Assembly: GCA_002269645.1 (NCBI GenBank)
Contig: NIVC01001002.1
Span: 1 to 45,153, forward strand
Source of the DNA: Macrostomum lignano
Lineage: Eukaryota
DNA: 45,153 bases
Direction of reading: 5' to 3'
The position numbers and the translations under genes were made by a program. Shown in pieces: positions 28,828-39,950 of the stretch. The notes beneath the pieces were generated by a model that ran no database searches, was not told where the DNA came from, and saw nothing but the letters and a program-made list of their open reading frames with translations. Numbering within the stretch: the first letter of the stretch is position 1; each line of letters starts with the position of its first letter.

Positions 28828-30258
28828 CTACAGGTAAGTGTCCATTGTGGCATCAACGGAGACGTCGCTTTCCTTCGTCGCAAGTGCTTCCTCCGCATCT
28901 TCCTCTTCTGGCTCGAAAAAGAAACGATAATAGCAAAACTCGCTAATGGTTGTGCACAGCGTCAATCCGAAGCCAACTAGCAGCAGAATCAGCGGGCCAT
29001 AAAACGAACCGATGCGATACGGTAGGCCTAACCGGAGCTCCGACAGCCATTCGCCAACCAGACCTCTCCCAGTGGCGTCAACTTCGTTATAAATCTCAAC
29101 ACCCGCTAGCCCGTGCTGCCTTCCAAGCTCAGCAATTCGCCCAGCCGCCAGCAACTCAACAATCTTCGCATCAGCCTGGCGCACCAGATCCAACGGTCCG
29201 GCCAAGCCAACCCAGGCAACCGACTTGGCCAGGATTCCGACCGAGTAGCTCTGATTAGTATCAACAGCCATCAGATTGGCGCAAGCAAACTGATGCGTAA
29301 GTAGAAGCAGTGGCGGCTCAGCTGAGCTCTGCTGCTGGAGCAGCTGTTCGAGTCCATCCGAATCAGACGGCACCTCGGTAAAGTTGGCCAGGTCTAACTG
29401 TTCCGGACGAGCCCAGTCGCTGCAAAGCGGTTCACCGGCCGCGCAGAGGACTGTCCGTCCGGCTGACTGGTTTGAGCTCAACACATCGACTAGACCAGCG
29501 CTGGACTGCACAGGCTCGCTCCGGGTGGTCAGGAAGACTAACACGGTGGCTGACAGGTAAGCCACAGCGATGCTGAAGGCAAATAGCCACCAGAAGACGC
29601 CTAAAACTCGGCCGGCGGTGCTCTTTGGAGTGCGCGGATAGCCGACCATCAGTAGGGCGGCCGTAGAGAACGCCAGTGCGTGGAAGGCGCCAATCGGCTT
29701 GTCGCCGCCGCCTCGGCTCAACCGTCTGGCGCGGGGCGAGCGCATGCCTATCGGGTGGACCGCCTCCAAGATCGTCAGAATCGAAATCGTCAGCAGCAGG
29801 CACAGCAGCAGCATTGACCAAACCGACGAGTGGAACAGCGTCAAAAAGTACAGGCCGTCGCGATTGACACCAGCTGTCACGCTGGCCGACTCTGTTCGAC
29901 GCCAGACCAGACAAGCGTCCAGAGTGGCCATGGGTTGGGACACGGCGGCTGCTAGGCCGGCCATGAGTTTTAAGACCGCCGGCGTCGCTGAGGTGACCGC
30001 TAGTCTTTGATTGGCCACGGCTCGTTGCAGAGAATCGGGATCGGCCTCCAGCAGCCGGCGTCCAGCGGGATCAACGCGAATGGAGCCGCCGTCGGCCACC
30101 AGGCGGGTCAGATCGTCCAGCAGGCTGCGCTGGCCCGCGGGAACGGCTGGCTCGACTAACGGCTGGCTGATATTCACAGCGCAGGTTGTCATGACAACCA
30201 GCTGAAGAAGCGACAGCAGCAGCAGTGTCAGATGGAGATAGATATTTACCAGCGACAT
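28828..30258 (-). CDS. Intronless divergent ionotropic glutamate receptor / IR-like protein, 476 aa, without an amino-terminal domain
   Basis: Signal peptide and short S1 lobe. Pre-M1/M1 YFLTLFHSSVWSMLL; pore loop AFHALAFSTAALLMVG; PKSTAGRVLGVFWWLFAFSIAVAYLSA (compare AMPA [26 protein letters not shown]); S2; M4 FYGPLILLLVGFGLTLCTTISEFCYY. Confidence 0.8.
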   Translation of the reverse strand: MSLVNIYLHLTLLLLSLLQLVVMTTCAVNISQPLVEPAVPAGQRSLLDDLTRLVADGGSIRVDPAGRRLLEADPDSLQRAVANQRLAVTSATPAVLKLMAGLAAAVSQPMATLDACLVWRRTESASVTAGVNRDGLYFLTLFHSSVWSMLLLCLLLTISILTILEAVHPIGMRSPRARRLSRGGGDKPIGAFHALAFSTAALLMVGYPRTPKSTAGRVLGVFWWLFAFSIAVAYLSATVLVFLTTRSEPVQSSAGLVDVLSSNQSAGRTVLCAAGEPLCSDWARPEQLDLANFTEVPSDSDGLEQLLQQQSSAEPPLLLLTHQFACANLMAVDTNQSYSVGILAKSVAWVGLAGPLDLVRQADAKIVELLAAGRIAELGRQHGLAGVEIYNEVDATGRGLVGEWLSELRLGLPYRIGSFYGPLILLLVGFGLTLCTTISEFCYYRFFFEPEEEDAEEALATKESDVSVDATMDTYL

Positions 30259-31243
30259 TTAGTAGCACCTAAGTAGGCAGAGTCGGTCGACAACAGAAAC
30301 TGTACGGGAGCTGTCACCTGAAAAACGTCGTGAATTTCACTCAGTTTGATTGGCAATCTCAAAGCATGCGCGCGCTTTATGTAGCCGTGCAGTCTTATCG
30401 ATCTGCATTGGCAACAGTGTGTTTCAGCCAGGCAGAAGCCAGTGCTGACTTTTTAGTTGCAACTTTCTCTGCCTTTTTGCGCTTATCGGTGACAGCGAGA
30501 GAAGGGTACCCGTTGTCACAGCGGTATTGTATTGCAATCTTTTGTTGCTATCAGTTTTATAATGCTCTGGATCTTCTAAGCTTGGCCTCTTGGGATATCT
30601 AGCAGTAGGACTCATTTCTTGGCGTGTTCTGCTTTTTGTATCTTTTGATTCGCCGGTCTGCTTTGACTTTTAATTTTCTTAAACTTCGTTTAAAAAAGTC
30701 AACGATCAATTGAAAAACTGTTTTATTTTTTAATACACAACTATCCTTTGCAGACAAAAATAACAGGATATTGTAAATCGGATTTTATTGCAAAGCACGG
30801 AACACAAAAGATTACGATCGCGTACAATGGGCTGAAACGACAAGCTTGATTGATTCAACTGAAGAGAATGAAAACTCAGGCAAAAAATCCAATTATAAAT
30901 ACGCACAAATGATAGAATGGAAAGAGCAGCAGGGTTTACTGCAGAAAAGCATCTGTAAACAGTCATTTTTTGTACAATATTCAATAATTATTTATCTCGC
31001 TACTTAAAGTAGCGCACTTTGATCGGATTTCTATTCATTGGTTAATTTTTGTCAAGATTTTCTATTGCGCTTGCCAAAATGTACTTTCACTGATAAACGC
31101 GACTTAAGGAGCCACTCTGATGGTTATCTATAGCCGCTTTTACTGCCTTTACTAGCGAAATTATCTAACTGTTTTCTTTATTCTCTACTTACAGTAGATG
31201 TTAGCAGATATACCCGTAAAGTTGTTGATTTAATAAAAACACA

Positions 31244-34200
31244 TTAAATAATGCTGGTGGCCTGACAGCCATTGCCGTCAACCGGGGCGATGTCGGCGCC
31301 ATTCGCCTGCGGCCACTGGGGGAGCAGCAGCGGTGCGCCGCCGCCCTGTCTGTATGCGGCAGCCGGCTGTCGACCTAGCGGGAAGTCGGCAGCGACGGGG
31401 ATGACAGGAGGTCCGCGGATTGTCGAATAGCCGCCCCCGCCGTTGCAGCCGACTGTCACGCCAAAATTAGCCAATTTTTCGTTGCCATGGTTACCAAGTG
31501 TGAGGTAGGATGTGTCTGTAACAACAGTATACGGTTAACAAGTTAGACGCGCAACTTGGCACAATGGATGCAACGATCACTAGAAAAAAACAAGAAAAAG
31601 GACACCTCGTTTCTTAGAAATGAGCTTATTGGCATGATAATGTTTGATTGGACTGGGACGGGACCAAAATTCCCGGATTATCGGATCTTCGGCATCGAAT
31701 CGTTATCAAAAAGATCACTATCGTGACGTAATCTCTTGACATTTGTCTAGACCACAGATACTAGAGTAACTCGAAGGGCCACTCAGGCATATCTACTTAG
31801 TAAAACGGCTTTCTACTTTCAGTTCAGTAGCAAAGAGGAATACATCAACTATTTTATAAGAATAAAGGCAGCTGAAATGACTTTGATAAGTTTAGAAGCT
31901 TAGACGTAAACAACTTGCTAATTGGTTCAGCCATAGTGTACACTAGCCAGTCCACTGAAATGTGCTCATGTACGAGTGCTCGTACATGGCCGCTTTAGGC
32001 TGGAATTCCGAGAAAGGCAATAAAAATTTGGGCGGGGCGGGGGGTAGTGTGAAAAGGCTGGGTTGGAGGGTTTAAGCTGGGGGGGGGGTATGAGAGAGCC
32101 AATAAATGAGCCTCGGCTTTAAAAATACGTTTAAATTCTTCTTAAATTCTACTGAACTGACAGTAGTTTACACGCAACTAATGTAGCGTCAGTTGTCCCT
32201 CAAACTGAATGATAACAAACGCAGACAAACCTGTGAACGCGTAGGACTTGGAGCCCTCGGGTGAGAGTCGATGAGCGAACTGCTGCTGCTGCGGCGACCG
32301 CATGCAGTGCAGCTGAGTGCCCGTGAATTCGCCGCAGTCGTCCTGCGCCGGCGATGCCGCCGCCAACGCGCCCGACGCCGCCTCTTGCGCTGTCGAAGTT
32401 GCCACGGGCTTGCCTCGGTCTGTACAAGCAAACAAAGTTAGTTTTTTTCAGTCGGTTGGTTGGCAAACAAACTGTAAAACCGACTGCCATGCTGCTAACG
32501 GAGTGAATGAATTGTTAGCCGCGGGCTTCGATAAGATTTGGCTTGACAAGAATTTCATTGCGACTTTTTTCCTAACACTTTAAAGCAAAGTTTGGCGAGC
32601 AAATATCTCAGATAAGTACGCTCTCTCCATCTTGATTAGTCTGCATTTGCCTTCTCCACGGTTTTCGTCTGTCACGAGCTAATTTTATCGGTCGAGCAGC
32701 TCGGGAAAAAATACAGTCTGTTGACATTTGCTTTAAAAAATCCTTAGGAATCCCAGCTCAAGGTACTGAGAGTTCCCAGCTTGAAGTACTGAGTGAGTTC
32801 CCAGCTTGAAGTACTGAGTGAGTTCCTAGGTTGAAGTACTGAGTGAGTTCCCAGATTGAAGTACTGAGTGAGTTCCCAGCTTGAAGTACTGAGAGAGTTC
32901 CCAGATTGAAGTACTGAGTGAGTTCCCAGATTGAAGTACTGAGTGAGTTCCCAGATTGAAGTACTGAGTGAGTTCCCAGATTGAAGTACTGAGTGAGTTC
33001 CCAGGTTGAAGTACTGAGTGAGTCCCCAGATTCAAGTACTGAGTGAGTCCCCAGATTGAAGTACTGAGTGAGTCCCCAGATTGAAGTACTGAGTGAGTTC
33101 CCAGATTGAAGTACTGAGTGAGTTCCCAGATTGAAGTACTGAGTGAGTCCCCAGATTGAAGTACTGAGTGAGTCCCCAGATTGAAGTACTGAGTGAGTCC
33201 CCAGATTGAAGTACTGAGTGAGTTCCCAGATTGAAGTACTGAGTGAGTTCCCAGATTGAAGTACTGAGTGAGTTCCCAGATTGAAGTACTGAGTGAGTTC
33301 CCAGATTGAAATACTGAGTGAGTTCCCAGATTGAAGTACTGAGTGAGTTCCCAGATTGAAGTACTGAGTGAGTTCCCAGATTGAAGTACTGAGTGAGTTC
33401 CCAGATTGAAGTACTGAGTGAGTTCCCAGATTGAAGTACTGAGTGAGTTCCCAGATTGAAGTACTGAGTGAGTTCCCAGATTGAAGTACTGAGTGAGTTC
33501 CCAGATTGAAGTACTGAGTGAGTCCCCAGATTGAAGTACTGAGTGAGTTCCCAGCTTGAAGCACTGAGTGAGTTCCCAGGTTGAAGTACTGAGTGAGTTC
33601 CCAGATTGAAGCACTGAGTGAGTTCCCAGGTTGAAGTACTGAAAGCTCCCAGCTGTCATGAACTTATCGCACTGTGTCTTACGGTAGTCGCCACCTTGTC
33701 GACCACCGTGACGGCCTCGCCGCCGAGCCAAACAGTAAAACACAAGCGCGGTGCCAAGCAGAAACAGCAACAGTAGCAGGGCGACACTCCCGAGCCAGGT
33801 GGCCGTCGAGGCCTTCAACAGGCCGCTGCCATCGCCACCGGAGCCGCCGGTGCGCACCCGCATAGACTCAGTGTAGACAGCCGAGGCGGAGCCAGTGAGC
33901 ATGACGACTCGAATTTCGTATTTCACCCCGCGGCTCAAGTTGTCAATTAGCAGCCATCGTCGGCGGACCTCGCGCTGAGTTTCTCGCCACGTTTCGTCCA
34001 AGGGCCGGTCGGCATCGCCGAGCTGGCGGTACTGGACGTAGAAGGCCCGCATTCGGGCTGGTGGCAGGACTACAGACACGTTCAGGGCTTCGTTTCCTAC
34101 AGGAACCGCTGAGGCCGCTGACGCTGCTGCTACCGGCGCAGAGTTTGGCGGCGCGGTGCGCGCATCCAGGAACGTTGCCTCGCCGTCTCCAGTGGCTGTT

Positions 34201-37200
34201 CGAGCCCGAATGTACACCCGGTAGTTGGTGTTCGGCGACAGGCCTGTGAGGGCGCCACGCAGCTGCGAGGGGTCATTGATGACTGGCGCGGCGACCAGCG
34301 GACCCATTGGCAGGCCGGTAACTTCTCTGTACGATAGTTGATAGCCTACAACTTTGCCGTTCGGTTCACGCGGTGGCAGCCAGTCGAATTCCAGGTGACT
34401 GGCGCCGGTGAGTGACAGGACAAACTCGCCCACCTGGCCAGGAGTGCCCTCCGGAGTGCGAAAATCCAAAGATTGGCTGGGCGGGCCGGCGTAGCGCAGG
34501 TTCAGGAGATGCAACCAGGCTCGAATGTTGGAGAAGCCCGGCAGTCCAACGAGTCGGCCCGTAAACTGCACCGGTTGCGTCGCGGCAGAGGTGGCCGCCG
34601 AAGCTTCGGGAGTCGTAGCTCCCTCGGCGGCTGGCTGTCGGTAAATGAAATCTTGAAACCGCGTCTGGCCGAGACAGCCGTTGCCGTCAGTCGGAGTGAC
34701 GTTGAGCTGCGCCACCGCGCACCAGACTGCGCGGAAGCCGCGATAGAAGCCGCGAACCCGCGAATCTGCCGCCGGATTGCGATCCAGGCTCCAGGCAAAC
34801 TCGACGACGCTCCAGGATCTTGGGTCTATCGAAGCTATGTGGAAGTGGCTGGGCGCCACCGTTGGTGGCATCTCTCCGGAGCGTCCTGTGGCTTCTGGAG
34901 GCGTGTCTGAAGTTGCCTCTCCGAACGCGTTTGCGGCGCGAATCTGCGCCCGATACATTCGGTAGGTTTCTACCGGCTTGATCGCGCCGCTCCAGACAAG
35001 CTCGGTCAGTTCAAGCCTCGACTTTTTCGTATCGGAGACTACGGTTTCGTTCACTTGGTTGCTAGGTGTCTCGCTACAGTCAAGGCATGAAATTCTGAGT
35101 AAGTATCTCAGCCCGTCGCCACCGTACTCTAAGGGCGTCAGAGGCTCCCAGATAATGGCTAAGCCTCCAGGTGCGCTGCCAGGCTCAACTCGCAAGCCAC
35201 CCGGATGTCGTGCCGGTCTGGTTGGCGCCAACCGGCAGGCTGAGCCAGCTCGAGCCGCATCAGACGCTGCCCCAGGACCCACGGCGTTGATGCCTCGCAC
35301 GCGAAATTGATAATCAAGCCCTGGGCGCAACTGCACTGTAGCGGACGTTTCGTCGCCGGCAACTGGGTTGTTAAGCACCTCGGCTGGTTGCCAGTCACCT
35401 ATGCTAGAATACTGCGTTTTGAACTCGACTGAGTACCGCTGAATCGGCGAGTTATTGTCAGGCGCCGGTGGCCAGGTGAGATGCGCACTCGGTGTTGCTG
35501 CACCAATCGCCGAGCAGTCAATCTGCAGAGGTGCCGGTGGAGCTCCCGGCCGACCCTGAACGACTAGTCGCGTGCTGCGATTGTCTGAGTCGAGACCATT
35601 TGCCGCTACACAGGTGTACACACCCGAATCTGCGGGACTTGTCGATGCGATCCTCAGTTCGCTGCTGCCAGATTCTGAAGTAACCGACGTCTCTACCGGG
35701 CGACCGTCGAGCTTCCACGCCACGGTGAGTCGGTGCCGCTCTGCCGGATCCGTGTCGGCCCGGCAGTCCAGGCGAACTGGTGCGCCTTCGACAACTCTCA
35801 GGTGCTCGGGCGGCGGTGCGCTGATTCGGGTGGCCATTCGCACAGTCAGCTGACCAACTGCAGAGACGGCACCGAATCGATTGCTGGCGCGACACCGGTA
35901 AGTGCCGGAGTCGCGCATCTCTAGGCTGCGAATCAGCATGTCGCCATTGTCTTGAACTTCCAACCGGCCGCCTTCCATGGACCCGGCGTCGTCCAGCGAT
36001 CTGTCGTCCAGCATCCAAGTCACGGTCGGCTTCGGCGCCGCAAACGTTCGACACGGGATGCGCAGATCGGCGCCAGCCGAAGCCAGCAGACGTCCTGGCG
36101 GCCGGGTGATCACCGGCGGCTCCCAAACCACGCGGAGGTAGGCGTTGGCGAACACGTAGCCGTGCCTGTTGCTGCTGTTGCACTGCACCACCAGTGAGTC
36201 GTCGCGGCTCAGGTTGACAAACAGAAGTCGCTGGCCGATTCTGGTGGCTCGGCCGTCCAAGTCAGAGGGCTGGCCATTCACAAACCATCGAGGCAGGCCC
36301 TCAGAGGCTGATGTCCGGCAAGCAAACGAGTGAGAGTCGCCTTCTGCCACTGCCGCGTTGGCCGGCGCTTCAAGCCAGCGCGGCGGACTGACCACCGACA
36401 CTTCAAATTTGCCGCTGCTGTTGCCAGACTTTGCTGAACTCGACCAACCGTCGCCAACCTCGCCAGTGCACCGGTAGCCGCCAGCGTGTTTGTCCGCCCT
36501 GGTGCCCAGCAACTGAAGTCGCGTGTTCGACTCCAGTAGTCGAAATAGAGGAGCCGATGATGGCAAAGAAGTGCGCATCTCAAGGGCGCTGCCGTCAGCT
36601 CGAGTCCAGCTGATGTTGGGCGTCGGCAGGCCGGCAAAGAAGCAGAACAGGTCCGCGACGGTCTCGTTGGTCAGCAGCACTGGCCGGGGCTCGCTCTGGG
36701 CCATCAGGACTGCTGGGCGGCGCCGAGTCTGACGGCCTTCATCTGGTCGAACCAGCAGCCGGTAGGACGCGCCCTCAACCGTGCGTCGTACGACGTCATT
36801 TCTGGCGCCGCACTGGTAGCGCGCGTTGCCATCGCTGGGTAGAAGGTTGGCGAACAGCAGCGAACCGTCCGTCGGATCGATGGCCACCCGGTTCGAGACC
36901 GGCGGCGTGCTCATTCGGCCGGCCGCGCCGTCGTCGATTCGATGCCACATGACCGTTGCGGGCGGCAGGGAGGCCGGCGGTTGGCAGGGCAGGCGGAGAC
37001 TCTCGCCCTCGAGTCGCTCCATCAGCGTTGCCGTTCGGGGCACACGAGGAAACGATTCTAAGGTGGCCAGCCGCAGCGAAGTCTTGTGTGTGACGGCGGT
37101 GCCGAGGCTGTTGGAGGCGAAGCACTGATAGTCGCCCTCGTCGGCTGTTGACGGCGAAGCCAGGCTCAGCGGAGCTCCCTTGTTGGTTCTGTCCGCCTTC

Positions 37201-37543
37201 GCCGTTGTCACGTTCCAATTGAGACGCCGTTTCGCCGCCACCAGTAGGTCAAAAGTTCGAGTCCCGGAGCGACCGCGACGCAATCTAGACGCAGCGGCTC
37301 GCCGGGAGCGGCCACCACCTGCATCGGGGGGTGCTTGGTGATGACGGGCGGCAGCTGGACTGGTGGCGACTCCGCCAGAGTCTCCAGCGCGTTTGCTGCC
37401 GAAAAAAGGAATATAAGATTTCTTGTACTGACGCAGCCTACTTAAAGGGCAACAAAGACCCAACTTCGATACTCACCGATTCGCATCGCGTCCGACAGGT
37501 GAAGCAGCAACGCCAGCAGCGCAGCGGCTGCCCCAGCTGCCAT
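31244..37543 (-). CDS. Nrg: L1-family / neuroglian-like cell adhesion molecule (6 Ig + 5 FN3 + TM), about 1413 aa; exons 37543-37477, 37395-33683, 32419-32231, 31515-31244; one base missing near 37225
   Basis: Signal-peptide exon MAAGAAAALLALLLHLSDAMRI has a GTGAGT donor. Ig1 begins QLPPVITKHP. Six Ig cysteine pairs (DEGDYQC, YQCGARN, YRCTG, VVQCNSSNRHGY, DSGTYRC, DSGVYTC) are followed by five FN3 repeats and the TM WLGSVALLLLLFLLGTALVFYCLA. The two downstream exons join in phase 1. The supplied 1545-aa ORF is a chimera: it starts in intron 1 and runs into the intronic repeat. Confidence 0.9.
32758..33645 (+). repeat. 25-bp minisatellite TTGAAGTACTGAGTGAGTTCCCAGA (about 35 copies) in L1 intron 2
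   Basis: Directly visible. Confidence 0.97.
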
Positions 37544-38099
37544 TTAATTGCGCTGGTCTTCTCAAAATGCCTGGCCAAGCCTGCAACAGGTGAATTCGTA
37601 TCTATAGGCTGCGGAATGGCATTCTTCATGGGCGGGCAAAACAGCTTCCAGCCATTTCCAGTGAGCCCGTGTTTCTCGCGTTTTGACAGGGAGGGGGGCG
37701 ATCTTGACGGCAAACCACTCGGTGCTAAGCTCAGGAATGCTGTCCGTCAGCCTCCCTCCCCGGGAGTAAAGGCGTCTGGATAATCGATGTCATGGAGGCC
37801 TATGGCTAGAAGTCTGGGTTAGCGACTCTTTTCCACAACTCCACCAGTTTCAGACAACTGAAACTACTCGTATTAAGGTAAGGCCAAGGAATGAAAATAT
37901 TTTATCGATCGACGTCTAGTTCGAGTTTGATGTCTAGCAACTTTGACTACAGTTGTGACTTAACTCTGTGGCTTCTGGGCCTCCTTGTTGATGTGAACAA
38001 TTAGCAAATTGCCCAACAAATCCTCCCACTGCAGGCAGTTTCCATCTCTGCTTCCATACAGATTAGGGGGGGGGGGTTGTGCTCAACACGCTCTGTCTA

Positions 38100-38520
38100 T
38101 CACACCTTCAGCCAATTAGACTCCACCTGCCTCTCAGCTGGGGAAGGGGAATAGGTTAAGGCGTAGTTGGGAATTCTGAAGCCGGAGGGCAAGCCCTGGG
38201 TCTCGGTTCTTCCACTCCTAAACTCTCACCTATGGGCCTTGTCGCATTCCGTGACATTTGGGTCTGAAGGTGCGGGGTGGCGGCAGCCGACACCTGGCCT
38301 CCACTTTCACTTCTTCACTTTCTCTCCCACTTTTTGCCAAGGCGGGAAAAGTTGCAATAAGCCTTCTTCTTGCTTGGTTTGAGCATTGGAGGCTGGCTGC
38401 CTACCGATGAAGCAACAATGATGTTTGGGAGAGTGCAGAGCTTGGTTGGAGAGTTGGACAAGGAATTATCGGTACGAACTGTGTCCCTCCCTCCGCCTCC
38501 AACACTTCGTTCTGCCAAAT
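38100..38520 (-). mobile_element. Possible decayed LINE ORF1 remnant
   Basis: NIIV...DKAHR...EPRPR appears in shifting frames, similar in order to LINE ORF1 RRM motifs. Weak. Confidence 0.2.
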
Positions 38521-39849
38521 AAGTCGTGCACCTGTCTGCCCGTCACAAATTTGCTCAAAAGCCTCTATGAAGAGGGCGATAGATTCTGACTTGGCTTAGA
38601 ACTTTTAGGTTGGGCCAAGTTCTTCCTCATGATTTCTATAAATGACATTTTACGTGACAAATCTTGAAAATCTGCAAGTCTAAATACTGCAATTTTAAAG
38701 TGCTTTTGCTGCATAAAAAATTTAGAGTGCCATCCAAATATCCCTCTACCTGCATTGCTTATTTACATGTCCTTTTTGCCCACATTTTAACTTAAAATTT
38801 TGTAGAAAGCTGAAAGAATCGTGGAAGAAGAGGACAGCTGGGGGATGGGGCTGTGCACCCCGTGTCAGGAGTCAACGGAATGGACAGAATTGCCTCAACG
38901 CTGGTGTATGGTGTGAATGTTATCGTCTGCACTAAGTGGCCACTTATAATGATTAAAAGGCAGTCAATTCCTTTCTTTTAAGCAGAGGAAATAGACTGCG
39001 GGAGCCAATACTAGAGCTGAAATGCGCGCTAAGCAGGAGCAAGGCCTGGCACAGATGTATTACCGACCGCGGATTAGGGTCAGCCTGGGCTGACTCAAGC
39101 ATAAGGCTGCTGGATCTGATGAAGCTGCCCTCCGAGTTCGGTAAAGAGAGCAAGGCTGAGGGGTTTGGCTGGGTGAGCATAGCGCGGGTAACTTGGAAAT
39201 CCGATGCTAACAGGTGCCCCACAAAAAAACTATTCGATCTCACTGCATGTGCAGAGGCGCAGGTATAGTCTCAGTCTTCTCACCCGCCTCACCTGCATAT
39301 ACGCATGACTCAGCCTTGTGTAAGTGTATGGCTAGCGTTTTTTTCCACGAGAAAATCTTCTCTTTTCCTCTCTGTGGCCAACAAGTTTTTTGGGATAGCG
39401 GACAGAAACACGAGCAAATTAGGATGGGAGGACTGGCTGCCCTCGGCTGAGAAGGCTTTTGAGTTGGCCTGCGCCTAAAGGACTGACAGACAAGCCCGTC
39501 AGTTCTGAGATGGATTGGCCAGGCTAAATAATGAGCTTTGGTAGCTCAGGTAGCCTCTGATTTTCGTTCGTGTTTGTTTGTCTGTGTGTAGTACAAAAAT
39601 GCATTGAACAGACGTGGGGGAATCAGACAAAAGATGGGAAGGACAGGTTGCTAAGGAAAACGATGATGCTACTAATGAAAGATCCAACCTAAAAAAAACC
39701 GGTTCAATTCAAGTAAAATGTAGTTTCAAGTAAAAAAGACACCGATATTAACTCTCTTTCTAAGAACATCAAGGTTAGTTCATGCGCAACTGTGGATATG
39801 ATGCTTATACACCCCATTTTCTTAGAATGCTCTAGAGAACGCATAGCGT

Positions 39850-39950
39850 TGAATGCGGTTCGGCCATAGACAAATACAAGCTCCTTAACGGCCTCCAATG
39901 CGCTGAATGCGGTTTGGCCATAGACAAATACAAGCTCCTTAACGGCCTCC
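39850..39950 (+). repeat. Two-copy tandem duplication, about 54-bp period
   Basis: TGAATGCGGTT(C/T)GGCCATAGACAAATACAAGCTCCTTAACGGCCTCCA at 39850 and 39904. Confidence 0.9.

Noticed and set aside
28822-28840. Perfect plus-strand donor CAG|GTAAGT overlapping the IR stop codon (possible antisense transcript)
   Set aside because: It is the reverse complement of the codons for TYL*. No matching plus-strand exon or acceptor could be supported.
32758-33645. Regular 25-37-bp repeats as a CRISPR-like array (also 9311, 24431, 25783, 44160)
   Set aside because: Head-to-tail units with no unique spacers, eukaryotic context and no cas genes.
37215-37235. Programmed -1 ribosomal frameshifting as the explanation for the two frame breaks
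   Set aside because: No X XXY YYZ slippery site at either position; consensus error is more parsimonious.
32826-37463. 1545-aa ORF taken as the actual protein
   Set aside because: It starts inside intron 1 in the wrong frame for the N-terminal half of Ig1 and reads past the donor at 33682 into the 25-bp repeat.
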